Positions 37,985-50,892 of a stretch of DNA of 64,000 nucleotides are shown one piece after another. This stretch comes from Octopus sinensis (Eukaryota): positions 43,524,001-43,588,000 of the forward strand of contig NC_042997.1 in the NCBI RefSeq assembly GCF_006345805.1. The letters are read 5' to 3'. The notes beneath the pieces were generated by a model, which had not been told where the DNA came from, made no database searches, and saw only the letters and a list, made by a program, of their open reading frames with translations. Numbering within the stretch: position 1 is the first letter of the stretch; every line of letters begins with the position of its first letter. Made by a program: the position numbers and the translations under genes.

Positions 37985-38283
37985 TGCACATACACATACA
38001 CGCATACACCCACATTAGTGACTGTATGTATGTGTGTTTGTGTATGTATGTGTGTACGTATGTATGTATGCATGCATGTATGTATGTATGTATGTATGTA
38101 TGTATGTATGTATGTATGTATGCATTCATGTATGTATGTATGTGTGTGAATGTATGTATCTGGTAGTGGATTTGTTTGGTAGATCCTTGAATCATTCAAT
38201 TATCGCTTCTGTATGCATATACATATGTATATGTATATATATATATATTATATATATATATTATATATATATATAATATATAT

Positions 38284-38372
<89 letters not shown>

Positions 38373-38848
38373 CATGTATATATGTGTGTTTATGTGTGCA
38401 TGCGCGCGCGTGTTTGTGTATTTTGCATAAAAGTAGGAAGGCATAAAATTGCGCATAAAGTTAATTGTATTCAACAGCTTTTTAATTAAGACAAAAATAC
38501 ATCAAATATATGATTACATAATTGTGATAAGTAACTAATAGAAATTAAATCAATTCAAATTAAGCTAAGACAGATGAGCCGATAGGGATATCAAAATTAT
38601 TATAATCAGATGTTTGATTTCAATAATTATCACTGAATGAAAGAAGTGTACTACGTGCTGATAAAATGATAATTATGTCTGTTGCGGGGAAATTTTCAAG
38701 CGTCGATATGGGTCTTGCTAAAGTATTTTGGACATACAGAAGAGTAATTGTTATTAATATCAAACTGTAAGAAGCTTCTTTTTCTTCTTATTTACTTCTA
38801 TCTTATGCACATGCATATTTCCTTTTTCTCTTTTTAATTTAGATTTAA

Positions 38849-39369
38849 CTAGCAGCATAGCCCGGCATTGCCCGGGTATGTAAGAGGCCCTGGAGCAGAC
38901 ATGATGCTCGCTGTGAATTTAAAAAAAATTCCTGCCAATTTGTGAAAGATATTGTTGAAAATATGTCATCTTGAATTTGAACGCGATTTCCCAAAATGGC
39001 ATGATTTTATCGATTTTTTCTGATGGTAAGGTATTGCATGGAAAACTAACGTCAGAATTAAGTTTCTTAGGGTAACATTAAGCTTCACCATGAGTTTGGT
39101 GAAAATCGATTGCAAGTTGCGAAAACTACAACAGAAAATGTGTTGCAAATAAAAAGCTTAGATTCTCGACCCCATGTCGAATTTATCAATTTTTTTCAGA
39201 ACTAGGGGAACTTTTCAAAATTTTCCCTACGTTAGTTTTGAATTATGACATTGGGCTATGTGTGTGTCAAGTTTCATCAGAATCGGTTGAAAGCCGTGGT
39301 CAGGGTGAGGGTACAACCTGACAGACACACAGATACACAGACAGACAAACTGCCGTTTATATAAGGAGA
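38849..39369 (-). mobile_element. Non-autonomous Helitron, family H2
   Basis: Ends and 5' half shared with 17120-17549. Confidence 0.85.
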
Positions 39370-39748
39370 TTTTGACCGTCCGCCTGCTTAGTAGAAAGGT
39401 TATGAAGAAAAACATCCTGTTTTATTCTTGATCCTTAAATCTTAGGAAGGTCATGCAAATTCTTATTGTTCCAGACATCGTGACCATTTGCAGCATTTGA
39501 ATGAAGGAGTTGCGTTCTCTCCTCAGGAACACAAATTCAGCCATACTTTGTCCCATGCGGGTTGGTTCAATAACAGTAGTCATGGAGCTAAAAGTGCATC
39601 TTTATCTTGGGTACAGGATTTGCAAACTCCATATTAATGGTTCGTAGACGTTTTCTTTCTCCTCTACTTTTCGAACCACATTGGTGTCCAGAGCTCAGCT
39701 GATTTCAACAACAGAGTATATCTCTTGTCTGACTGTCTGTCTATCTGT

Positions 39749-39786
<38 letters not shown>

Positions 39787-39842
39787 AGTGAGAGAGAGAG
39801 AGAGAGAGATACATATAAATATATATGTATGTATATATGAAA

Positions 39843-40225
39843 GGAAGCACTCCGTCGGTTACGACGATGAGGGTTCCGGTTGATCCGAATCAACGGAACA
39901 CCCTGCTCGTGAAATTAACGTGTAAGTGGCTGAGCACTCCACAGACACGTGTACCCTTAACGTAGTTCTCAGGGGATATTCAGCGTGACACAGAGAGTGA
40001 CAAGGCTGGCCCTTTGAAATACAGGTACAACAGAAACAGGAAGTAAGAGTGAGAGAAAGTTTGTGGTGAAAGAGTACAGCAGGGATCACCACCATCCCCT
40101 GCCGGAGCATCGTGGAGCTTAGGTGTTTTCGCTCAATAAACACTCACAACGCCCGGTCTGGGAATCGAAACCGCGATCCTATGACCGCGAGTCCGCTAAC
40201 CTAACCTCTGGGCCATTGCGCCTCC
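39843..40225 (-). mobile_element. Family A SINE
   Basis: Full length; flanks share GTATGTATATAT. Confidence 0.95.
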
Positions 40226-40989
40226 ACGTATGTATATATATCTATATATACGCCGTTTTTCAAAATACTTTTAGAGATTTACAGACTATCACGCAGTTTT
40301 CATCCGCAGCGTTTATCTCCAAGCATTGTTCGCCTCACTCATTACAGATGTATTTTCTTTTGTTGGTAAGCTTTTAATTATTTGATAGTGCGTAGATATC
40401 TTGTTCGTCTTCATTTGCTAAATAAAGACGAAAGTATCCAAGCAGTTATGGTTGAAAAGCTTCGTCAAAGACATATTCTTTGGCGGCCACCTATCTGCTA
40501 TGATTATGTTATGCAGAATTTTATTGGAAGAAGGAAATGTCAGCTTTGCCTTTGTCTCAAGCTTTTTTCTCCATTCTCTGAAATAAACAATCTCCAGATT
40601 ATATTAGAAACCTGTCCCGTTTCTCAACGATCTACATTGCTCGTATTTTAGTATGCGGTCATCGTCTATTCATATGACATACCATGTCTATCGCAGGTGG
40701 TGACAGTGAATCAGTGCTTCCATAGTTTCTGACGTAGCTAGCGACATATCTGTAGCGGGGAAATTTTCAAGCGACAATGAGTTGTCTTTACACACACCGG
40801 TTGTCTCTCTCTCTCTCTCAACACACACACACGCGCGCGCGCACATACACTCACACATACATACACACACACACACACACTGTTGTACAACACTCGAGCG
40901 TGTTATACAGGCATTCGTACAGCAATCCATGATATTTATAAAGTCGTTTATTACTGATCTTTTATGCAAACACAAAGCGACTAAGTGCG

Positions 40990-41210
40990 TTCGGAAGCTG
41001 CAGATCAGTTTAACGGCCTCTTGAATGGTGGAGAAGATGGGAACGGAACAAAATTTAGTAATGATGGATCACATGGGAAAACTGCAATATTTTGGCCATG
41101 TTTTCAGGGACCCAGGCTCTCTGTGCACGCATCCTCGAAGGCTGGGTGGAAGGAAAACGGGTCTATGGGTAACAAAGACGATTGACCGATGACATCAAGC
41201 AGTAGACAAC
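40990..41210 (+). mobile_element. RTE (BovB-like) 3' fragment
   Basis: KLQYFGHVFRDPGSLCTRILEGWVEGKR...LTDDIKQ. Confidence 0.75.
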
Positions 41211-41284
41211 CGATAATAATGCTGATTTCTGCCACAGCATTGAGTTCTTTTGTAAAGCATCAAATTAACGGACATAAACTGTTG

Positions 41285-41400
41285 TAGTAACGCCATTTTG
41301 GAAGTCTTCAGCGCGTATGCGCAGAGTTGGATTCTTCCGGGAGGCCTGCCGGAAGTTCCCTCATGCGCATGCGTAGAAAACTAGTAGCAGTAAAATCTCC
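41285..41400. promoter_or_regulatory. Candidate housekeeping-type promoter, possibly bidirectional
   Basis: CGCCATTTTG 41291 (YY1-like), TTCCGG 41335 and CCGGAAGT 41349 (ETS-like), TGCGCATGCG 41364 (NRF1-like) within 85 bp. Confidence 0.55.
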
Positions 41401-42377
41401 CGCGTATCGACCTCTCTCGAATGCTGACAGTCGAACAGGACGGTCGAGTTTTAACATCTCTCCCAAGCTGCCACCTCGTGGCGTTGCTACACTATGCTAG
41501 AACAGACAGGATTTGCCTCATTCCACTTGACCACCGCAGCGAGCTCCTTGGCTACCGATTCGCCCGGAAGAAAAATGTATATATTGCGAATCCAGAAATA
41601 AAATATTTATGCTGTTGAAGATATTCAGAAGTCTTGGCTTTTCCTTCGATAAATAATTTAATGTAAAGGATGAGAGCTGCACCCATTCAGTGTCACAGAT
41701 CTTTCATCCTGTTACACTGTTATCAGCTGGTTCACGTAAAAAATATGGAAAATAAGCTCGAATTGATTTTCAGTGTTGTTCTGTAAATGTTGTTTAGCTC
41801 TTACCCCAAGATCGGGCCCAAGATCTGTTTGATGCGCGTTAATATAGGTGATAAGGCTGAATGATAAACAGAAGACTAAGAACAAGAAAATAGTACAAAT
41901 TTGCAAAAACAAATTTGCGGAACCATGACTGTAATTCGATTATATATAAATTTATCTAAATTTAATTAGTAAAGCGGTGACTAACATAATGTAGTGAGAT
42001 AAGTTTTAATTAATTGAATTTACTTCCATACTGAGGTGAGACAAAATCAATGGTTAAATGGCTAATTCTGATTAAAATAAGGTGAAACAGATCTCGATAT
42101 CAAAACTGATTAAACATTAGAATGCCGTAGAGAATGAATCTCACCTTTGGCAAGACGGGGACAACTCTGGACATATTTTGGCCTTATTATATTTCTTTAG
42201 CTAAGCATAGTTTAACTGTTACTACCAGAGCTTGATGACTCGTGAGGTATATAGAATTTTAGTGGATGAACACAAAAGGGAGAACACAACATATCAGGAT
42301 GATCGGAGCCTGCTACTAAATAACAAATAGCATAGTAAGCCCTAAAAATGTAGTGAACCAAAAAATTTTAGTTAATA

Positions 42378-42866
42378 CTAGCAGTATCGCCCGGCGTTGC
42401 TCGGGTTTGTAAGGGAAATAACTATATAAGCATTTTTAGAGAGTTACTTCCCTTATGCAATAGCAAAAAATGCATTAAAATGTGAAAAAATGATGGTAAA
42501 TTTTTTTAAAAAATCGTAGACTCATCGTAGACATTTTTAGAGAGTTACTTCCCTTATATAATAGCGAAAAAAGTGCATTAAAATGGAAAAAAATGATGGT
42601 AAATTTTTTATTAATCGTTGACTCATCGTAGACATTTTTAGAGAGTTACTTCCCTTATATAATAGCGAAAAAATGCATTAAAATGGGAAAAAATTATGGT
42701 AAATTTTTTTTTAAATCGTAGACGCGCGCTAATACCCAGAAGGGCTCGATATGAATCCCGACTATAAAATACCCGCTTTTGGTTACACTGCACCGCAAAA
42801 TGTGGGAGTAGTTAGGAATCTAAATCGTAGGAGACAGACACACAACTTCACTTTTATATATAAAGA
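42378..42866 (-). mobile_element. Non-autonomous Helitron H1 with an extra internal ~80-bp unit
   Basis: Ends as in 6238-6640; TTTTAGAGAGTTACTTCCCTTAT block three times. Confidence 0.87.
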
Positions 42867-43641
42867 TTACACCCACAATTAAAAGAACTAATCGTTATCT
42901 TACTGACTAATAATTATGGTCAGAAAAGCCTGAGATAGATAATCTTCGTAATTTTAATTAAAACAAGTTAAAGTTTGATTTTCTGGTTATTATATTAATC
43001 ACCCCTCTTGAGTTATTGGATCTTTTAAAATTTAAATAGCCTTTAAATTGAACCGAGTTCTTCTGAATCTACCGAGGCCCTTTTAAATTTTGGGGGCTCT
43101 TTATTATCTAATGCTTTGGATTAGCAAAATTGTCGGGGTTCCTAAACCAATTAGTCCAGGGGTGCCACTAGGGCTAAATCTAACCCCGACTGCCATCAAT
43201 AGGGGCAGAAATAAGATAAAAAAAACCTTACAGATATGTGTTTGTGGATTATTCTTCTTTCTTGCAGCTTTCCAAAATTTCCTGTCTCTCCCTAGGTTTT
43301 CAAACAGGGTCATACTACAAATGTGTGTGTGTATGTGTGCGTGCGTGTGTGTGTTTGCGTGCGTGCGTGTGTGTATGCGTATGTGTGTGTATGTGTGTGC
43401 GTGTGTGTGTATGTATGTAATGTGTGTGTGATGTGTGCGTATTGTGTGTGTTTGATCGTATACAAATATTAATGTAAAAAGTTCCGAACGTCTTCAGTGA
43501 ACAAAAAGAGAATTTGGGATGACACACAGACATATCGATGCACTGAGGGAGTAATTTTAGGAAATTGTATTCTTGTAATAGTAATACTCAACGAAAGTTA
43601 CGTTGATAAATACATACATACATACATACACATACATACAT

Positions 43642-43677
<36 letters not shown>

Positions 43678-43681
43678 GGTG

Positions 43682-44232
43682 GTGGCTGCCCCCTCGTTAT
43701 CGAGTATGGCCATTGCACAAAGCTTAATCAATGTTGTTATCGTGCAATGCCTGTGCAAGAAGATCTTTTTTAAAGTGAGGAAAGGCTGTGCACTGAGTCA
43801 ATCCCACTCACAAAGCAACAGCAGCCATAATCCGAAAAGAAGAACAAGTCAACATCATCGGTAACCACTGAGCCGCTGGTTTTATGTCGGAGTTATCCCA
43901 GTTACCTGAGTTACCTTCTCCTAGAAGGATGCCCTAACAAAGGCTAGGAGTCCTTCACTCCCAATGGTTTAACTACGCGATCGGGTATTCAGTCCGAATA
44001 TTTCTATGTTCCCGCGCATGATACAGCCTTAAGACATTTATTGGATGGCCGTTGACTCTCAAGAGTTCCTCCGCCCTTTGACGGGTTTTGTTTTTCATCC
44101 CGCAGGGTGTCCAATAAACACCCTCCTGACCAAGCGAGCTTGGTGGGGTTGCCGGTTTAGTCGCCGACGACCCGACCATGCAACAGGTTGTACTGGGTTA
44201 CATGTTACCAGTAGCACTCGAAAGTGATCTGA
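43682..44232 (-). mobile_element. Internally deleted RTE: 5' UTR joined to the terminal 44 nt
   Basis: 43684-43727 (rc) equals 8540-8583 with one mismatch; upstream part has the RTE-UTR-like TAGGGCATCCTTCTAGGAGAAGGTAACTC; TATG/TG repeats on both sides. Confidence 0.75.
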
Positions 44233-44457
44233 CATACACATACATACATACATACATACATACATACATACATACATACATACATACATGTATGTATGGG
44301 TGTCCGTGTGTGCGTTTATGTATAAATTCTTTTAGTCCTTTATTGTTTTTAGTCATTAAACTGCACACACACAAAGACACAAATTCTTCTGTTCTTTAAT
44401 TTTTCTTGGTTTTATTAAACTGCAGAGATATTCAATGCATGAATGTGTGTGTAGTTA

Positions 44458-44578
<121 letters not shown>

Positions 44579-45313
44579 CCGACCTGTGGGCTTATGTCGA
44601 ACGACTGCTGTCACGTGTGGGACGTGTCGGTTCATCAGCCGAGTCTATCGTTAATATCGTCACGCCTCTTTCCTTCAAACGGGAAGGAAGAGCTATTTTT
44701 ATCATACTTGTGGCTATGGCGAAAGAATGTATCTGGTGGACGCGCCTGAAAGGATTAGAGACAAACACTTTCCTCTCTGGTCAATCTCTCATCAACTTCT
44801 TCAAGTATCACTTGAAGAGGAAAGTGAGAGTAGAGAGGCAAGTTTTGTCTAGTGAATGTTTTAAAAAAAGATGGGTGAATGTAGCAAGGATGGCACGTAT
44901 GAATGACGAAGCCACCTTGACTATGATTCTATGAACCGTAAAAATTAATACAGAGAGTTGCTTATTTGCAAAAAAAAAAAAGAAATATGACATGTGACTT
45001 CATTGACCGAGGTTACCGCGGTCTTTTCCGTAGGCTTTTCTTTCCACAGGTAAACCTCACCTGTCCTCCCCTTTACACTTCATATTGCCATTTCTGTGCT
45101 AACGATTCCTATTGATCCAATTTTTTTTCCTTTCCCTTCCCCCCCTTTTTTAAATTTTATTTTATCCCCCCCCCCTTTTTTTGTCCTCTTTCTTTCCATT
45201 TACGATCCCTTTTGATCGAAAACCAAACCCCCTTCTTTTACCACCAAAAGAAAAGCTCTACCTTGTAATTTTTTCCTGTCTGTGTGCAGCCCTGTGTGGC
45301 TAATAAAGAAACA
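44579..45313 (+). mobile_element. Tx1/L1-clade LINE 3' fragment
   Basis: DLWAYVERLL...LVAMAKECIWWTR resembles the Tx1 post-zinc-knuckle region; stop at 44934; pyrimidine-rich 3' UTR; AATAAA at 45302. Confidence 0.65.
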
Positions 45314-45382
<69 letters not shown>

Positions 45383-45407
45383 GTCTATCTGTCTATCTAT
45401 CTAGCTG

Positions 45408-45450
<43 letters not shown>

Positions 45451-45499
45451 GTCTATCTGTCTATCTGTCTATCTATCTATCTGTCTATCTATCTATCTG

Positions 45500-45558
<59 letters not shown>

Positions 45559-45563
45559 GTCTG

Positions 45564-45638
<75 letters not shown>

Positions 45639-45780
45639 GTCTGTCTATCTGTCTATCTGTCTATCTATCCATCTATCTATCTATCTATCTATCTGTCTGT
45701 CTATCTGTCTATCTGTCTATCTATCCATCTATCTATCTATCTATCTATCCATCTATCTATCTATCTATCTATCTATCTAT
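45314..45780. repeat. (ATCT/GTCT)n
   Basis: Direct. Confidence 0.98.
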
Positions 45781-45841
45781 ATGTGTGTGTATGTGTATGT
45801 GCCTGTGTGTGTGTGTGTGTGTGTGTGTATGTATATACTAC

Positions 45842-46207
45842 GGCACTCCGTCAGTTACGACGACGAGGGTTCCGGTTGATCCGAATCAACGGAACAGCCT
45901 GCTCGTGAAATTAACGTGTAAGTGGCTGAGCACTCCACAGACACGTGTACCCTTAATATAGTTCTCGGGGAGATTCAGCGTGACACAGAGTACAACAGAA
46001 ATACAGGTACAACAGAAGCAGGAAGTAAGAGTGAGAGAAAGTTGTGGTGAAAGAGTACAGCAGGGATCACCACCATCCCCTGCCGGAGCCTCGTGGAGCT
46101 TTAGGTGTTTTCGCTCAATAAACACTCACAACGCCCGATCTGGGAATCGAACCCGCGCTTCTATGACCACGAGTCCGCTGCCCTAACCACTGAGCCATTG
46201 CGCCTCC
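45842..46207 (-). mobile_element. Family A SINE
   Basis: Flanks share GTATGTATATA (45827-45837, 46210-46220). Confidence 0.93.
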
Positions 46208-46258
46208 ACGTATGTATATAAATATAGAAGTGAAGAATGGAGTTGCTGGTATAACATC

Positions 46259-46941
46259 CAGGGTTGGCCAAAAGTCACGCGACAGTAAATCAAAATTCCA
46301 TAAATACTTAATATTTAATTTTAGTTATTCATCCGGAAAAATGGTGTCGCTCGAGAAGGACTTCAGTTCGAGCAATTTTCATGATGTTTCATATTTAGAG
46401 GCTTTCATTAAATTCATTCAGTTGTTAAACATAAATAAACCCACTTCTGACATTCATAACTTATAGGCGCAGGAGTGGCTGTGTGGTAAGTAGCTTGCTT
46501 ACCAACCACATGGTTCTGGGTTCTGTCCCACTGCGTGACACCTTGGGCATGTGTCTTCTGCTATAGCCTCGGGCCGACCAAAGCCTTGTGAGTGGATTTG
46601 GTAGACGGAAACTGAAAGAAGCCCGTCGTATATATGTATATGTAAATATATATGCGTGTGTGTGTGTTTGTGTCTGTGTTTGTCCTCCTAGCATTGCTTG
46701 ACAACCGATGCTGGTGTGTTTATGTCCCCCGTTACTTAGCGGTTCGGCAAAAGTGACTGATAGAATAAGTACTGGGCTTACAAAAGAATAAGTCCCGGGG
46801 TCGAGTTGCTCGACTAAAGTCGGTGCTCCAGCATGGCCGCAGTCAAATGACTGAAACAAGTAAAAGAATAAAAGAATAAAAGAACAAACGTTGGAATTAA
46901 ATGGTTTTGATTTAGTGTCAGGGGACTTTTGGCCAACCCTG
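46259..46941. mobile_element. Tc1/mariner-type MITE with a nested SINE
   Basis: Perfect 18-bp TIR CAGGGTTGGCCAAAAGTC / GACTTTTGGCCAACCCTG; TA on the right flank. Confidence 0.8.
46465..46884 (+). mobile_element. Family B SINE, full length
   Basis: AGGCGCAGGAGTGGCTGTGTGG head to (TAAAAGAA)n tail. Confidence 0.93.
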
Positions 46942-47157
46942 TATATTCCACGGTTTGCAATCGTTTCAACAACGTTTATGTGACAAATCAAATATCGTGA
47001 ATGGAGATATGAATGCGAACGTTTCCATTGTGTAATGCATCGTCCGTAATGACCTCGACAGTTATTTAATAATAACCGAACGAATGAATATAAAACCGCT
47101 TGCGAGAGCTGCTACCTGACAAAAACGCTTGGAATATCTGATCCTCCTCTCACTTAT

Positions 47158-47159
<2 letters not shown>

Positions 47160-47238
<79 letters not shown>

Positions 47239-47315
47239 GTGTGTGAGTGTGTGTGTTTGTGTGTGTATGTGTGTGTGTGCGTGTGTATTTGCGTGTGTGA
47301 GTGTGTGTATTTGTG

Positions 47316-47350
<35 letters not shown>

Positions 47351-47529
47351 GAGTGTGTGTGTATGTGTATGTGTGTGTGTGTGCTTGTGTGTGTGTATGT
47401 GAGTGTAAATGTATATATGTGTGTGTATGTATATATATATGTATGAATGAATAACTACCTACCTCTTTGAACACCTCCGCACACGCAAGCATACACACAT
47501 ACACACAAATGCACACACACACACACACG

Positions 47530-47571
<42 letters not shown>

Positions 47572-47950
47572 ACACACACACACATACTTACACACTTACT
47601 CGCCCGCGCGCGCAATTTATTGTTTCTTTGCAGCATGATTAGACGTTTCAAGTCTCGTTTATTCTCAGAAGAATCGTCAGTCGAAACCTATGTCGTAAGG
47701 AAACAATAAACTGAATTTACCAACTCTGTAATATGATGATTTTTTATTGTGTGAATTATTAAAATCAGCCGTTCAGGTGCTCAGAATTTTATACATACAT
47801 ACATACATACATGCATACATACATACATACATACATACATACATACATACATACATACATACATACATACATACATACATACATACGTACATACGTACAT
47901 ACGTACATACATACATACATACATACATACATACATACATACATTACATA
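47160..47950. repeat. (TG)n, (CA)n and (CATA)n cluster
   Basis: Direct. Confidence 0.93.
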
Positions 47951-47955
47951 TATGT

Positions 47956-49372
47956 AGGTAGTCTGCCCTGAAACAAAGCTTGACCACTTCACGCACAAAT
48001 ATAACGTTAAATCCGCAAGTGGGAACAGATATGGCTTTTGAGCCCAGATACTCTCTAAGAAAAAGCATTCCACAAATATTGCAAGCGTGTCCTGAATCTG
48101 CTATATTGTCGTTCTTTTTGTCCATGTTTAGATGCCTCTTTAGACCTCCAGAGAATTTATACATCTTTTGACAAAAATGACACTGAAAGGCATTTTTCTT
48201 GCATAAAATTATGGTATTGGGAGGGGCGTGGTTTAAAGTTGTTCTTGTGTGACCGTAAATGAGATTTTAGACCAGGTTTTGAGAGACAGATTCTGCCACA
48301 TTCTTAATGGAAGCACTCCGTCGGTTACGACGACGAGGGTTCCGGTTGATCCGAATCAACGGAACAGCCTGCTCGTGAAATTAACGTGTAAGTGGCTGAG
48401 CACTCCACAGACACGTGTACCCTTAACGTAGTTCTCGGGGATATTCAGCGTGATACAGAGAGTGACAAGGCATGTCCTTTGAAATACAGGTACAACAGAA
48501 ACAGGAAGTAAGAGTAAGTTGTGGTGAAAGAGTACAGTAGGGATCACCACCACCCTCTGCCGGAGCTTCGTGGAGCTTTAGGTGTTTTCGCTCAATAAAC
48601 ACTCACAACGCCCAGTCTGGGAATCGAAACCGCGATCCTATGACCGCGAGTCCGCTGCCCTAACCACTGGGCCATTGCGCCTCCACTCTGCCACATTCAC
48701 TGATATGAATTCTGTCCTGAGGTGTCGGCAAATTTTCCTTTGCATAGTTTTCTTTTCAATTCACAGAGCCCAAGTCGTTTGCTCTCAATTGTTCGCACAC
48801 CTTTCCAAATATTTTCTCGCTATAACTAAAGTATTCAATTTGTTTAAATGGAACATTGATATGTCTAAGGTAAGATTTAATATTATTTCTGAATCTTTTT
48901 CGTGGTATGCTTTTCTTCCGCCAGTTCACCATACAGGAAGTTGTTTGGGTATACGTTTAGCATCCATACGGATGATGTGTCCTGTCCATCGTAATTAGTT
49001 TCTCATGAAAGGCGATTCAAATGAAAAAATTCCTGCTTGGCTAAGAACAGTATCTGGGGTGTTTGATTTCCAGATTACTTTTAAGATGTGTCTCAGACAC
49101 TTTTGATGGAAGCGCTCAGATGTTTTGATATGGCGAACATAAGTTGTCCAGGATTTTGAGGAATACAGAAGAGATGAGCAGACAAAAGCAGAATAGACTA
49201 CAATTTTCGTTTCACATATGTGGCGCTGTGACTATACTATGGATGTTAAACCACCAAAAATGCTGCCTTTTGTATGCGCAAAGGTATCTCTGTATCTGAA
49301 TTTCCACAAGGATTAACATAGCTTCCAGGATATTCAAATGAATATCTGCTTTCTTCAAATTTATTATCAAAA
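47956..49372 (-). mobile_element. 5'-truncated RTE LINE with C2H2 tail, degenerate, split by a SINE
   Basis: YPGSYVNPCGNSDTEIPLRIQKAAF; RWTGHIIRMD..RIPKQL; CLSKPGLKSHLRSH; FSGGLKRHL; CNICG. Confidence 0.85.
48304..48686 (-). mobile_element. Family A SINE, TSD TCTGCCACATTC
   Basis: TSD 48292-48303 and 48687-48698, inside the RTE. Confidence 0.96.
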
Positions 49373-49787
49373 CATACATACATACATACATACATACATA
49401 CATACATACATACATACATACATGCATACATACATACATACATACATATACATACACATACCTACCTACCTACTTACCTACATACATACATACATACATA
49501 CATACATACATACATACATACATACATACATACATCATACATACATACATACATACATATAGGGAGAATTCACGAAAAAAACAAAAGACGAAGACAGGTG
49601 GTGTACAAAACAAACAGATGTATTAGTATAACGCTCGGGAATTGAAAGTCTTTTACGTTTCGAGCCTACGCTCTTCTACAGAAAGGAACACAGAAAGAAA
49701 CAAGGAGAGAAAAAAATGTGTGAAGTAGCTTACCGATCTATACATACACCTACCTACATAATACATAATACATAATACATACACACA

Positions 49788-49820
<33 letters not shown>

Positions 49821-49977
49821 CTACCTACCTACCTACCTACCAACCTACCTACCTACATAGATACATACATACATACATACATACATACAAACGTACATAC
49901 ATACATACATGGATACATACATACATACATACATACATACATACATACATACATACATACATACATACATACATACA

Positions 49978-50008
<31 letters not shown>

Positions 50009-50010
50009 CA
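49373..50010. repeat. (CATA)n arrays interrupted by a Penelope-type terminus
   Basis: Direct. Confidence 0.95.
49650..49685 (-). ncRNA. Minimal hammerhead fold with variant core CUGUAGA
   Basis: cttt-CTGTAGA-A-GAGC(gtag)GCTC-GAAA-CGT-A-aaag; lies in the element at 49560-49735. Confidence 0.55.
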
Positions 50011-50892
50011 CTAGTATGTAAATATATTTCACATGTATTTCCATAAACATACTCCGAACAAATAATTATGAGCGAGACAAAGTCTGAACATGTATAATGG
50101 TAATCAGACGTGTATAAAATAACAGGAAATAAGAATAATAATATCTGCATGAATATAGAAACCAGATATTACATAAATAAAGATATTCTGGCAATATCTT
50201 TTGTTGTAAGATACATCTGCAGTATCTTTAACTGTATAGAATTACTGTACGGTTATGCTTTTGAATATCATACATAACAATAATAATAAAAAATAGACTG
50301 CAGTAACGCAAGATCTTTTTTGCATTGTTAAAAATCCAGCTTTTTCGAAATATTTGACAGAACGCAAAATCTTAATGTTTTTAAAGAGGAAAAAGAAATG
50401 AGACGTCTTGACGTTTATACTTTCTCAAAAGGAATTAGCAATGTAAGAGGAGTAACAAAAAGAGAGAGGAAGGGAGAGAAAGAGAGAGAGAGAGACAGAG
50501 ACAGACTGAGACAGAGAGAGACTGAGAGAGATGGGGAGAATGAAGGAAGGGGACAGAAAAACAGAAAGGGAAAAATAAGGAAGGAGACAGAGAGGCAGAA
50601 AGAGAGAGAGAAAGAGAGAGGGAAGAGAGAGAGAGAAAAAGGGGGAGGGTGGAACCTACCACTGATGTTTGGAACCAATTTTTCTAAATCTCGGTTATTT
50701 ACGAACAGCATCTAAAGAATAACTTACTACTTTTTTCCTTTGCTACTCAATGTTAGTGAAGGTCCCTGGTTTGGTGGCTTGTTTGTTAGCCTCCCGAATA
50801 TTAGGCTGTAGGCCCCACTTCTAGAGGCGGTGGTACGCCGCGTCCTTGAGCACAGCAGGGTTTCTTCTGTGTTTTTCTTCTTACGTCTTCCA

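Noticed and set aside
39400-39700. Minus-strand ~90-codon frame if one T is removed near 39590
   Set aside because: Needs an assumed indel and the peptide is unrecognised; raw reads or BLASTx would be required.
47635-47685. Minus-strand CTGACGA...GAAACGTC hammerhead
   Set aside because: No convincing stem II, and only one stem I pair.
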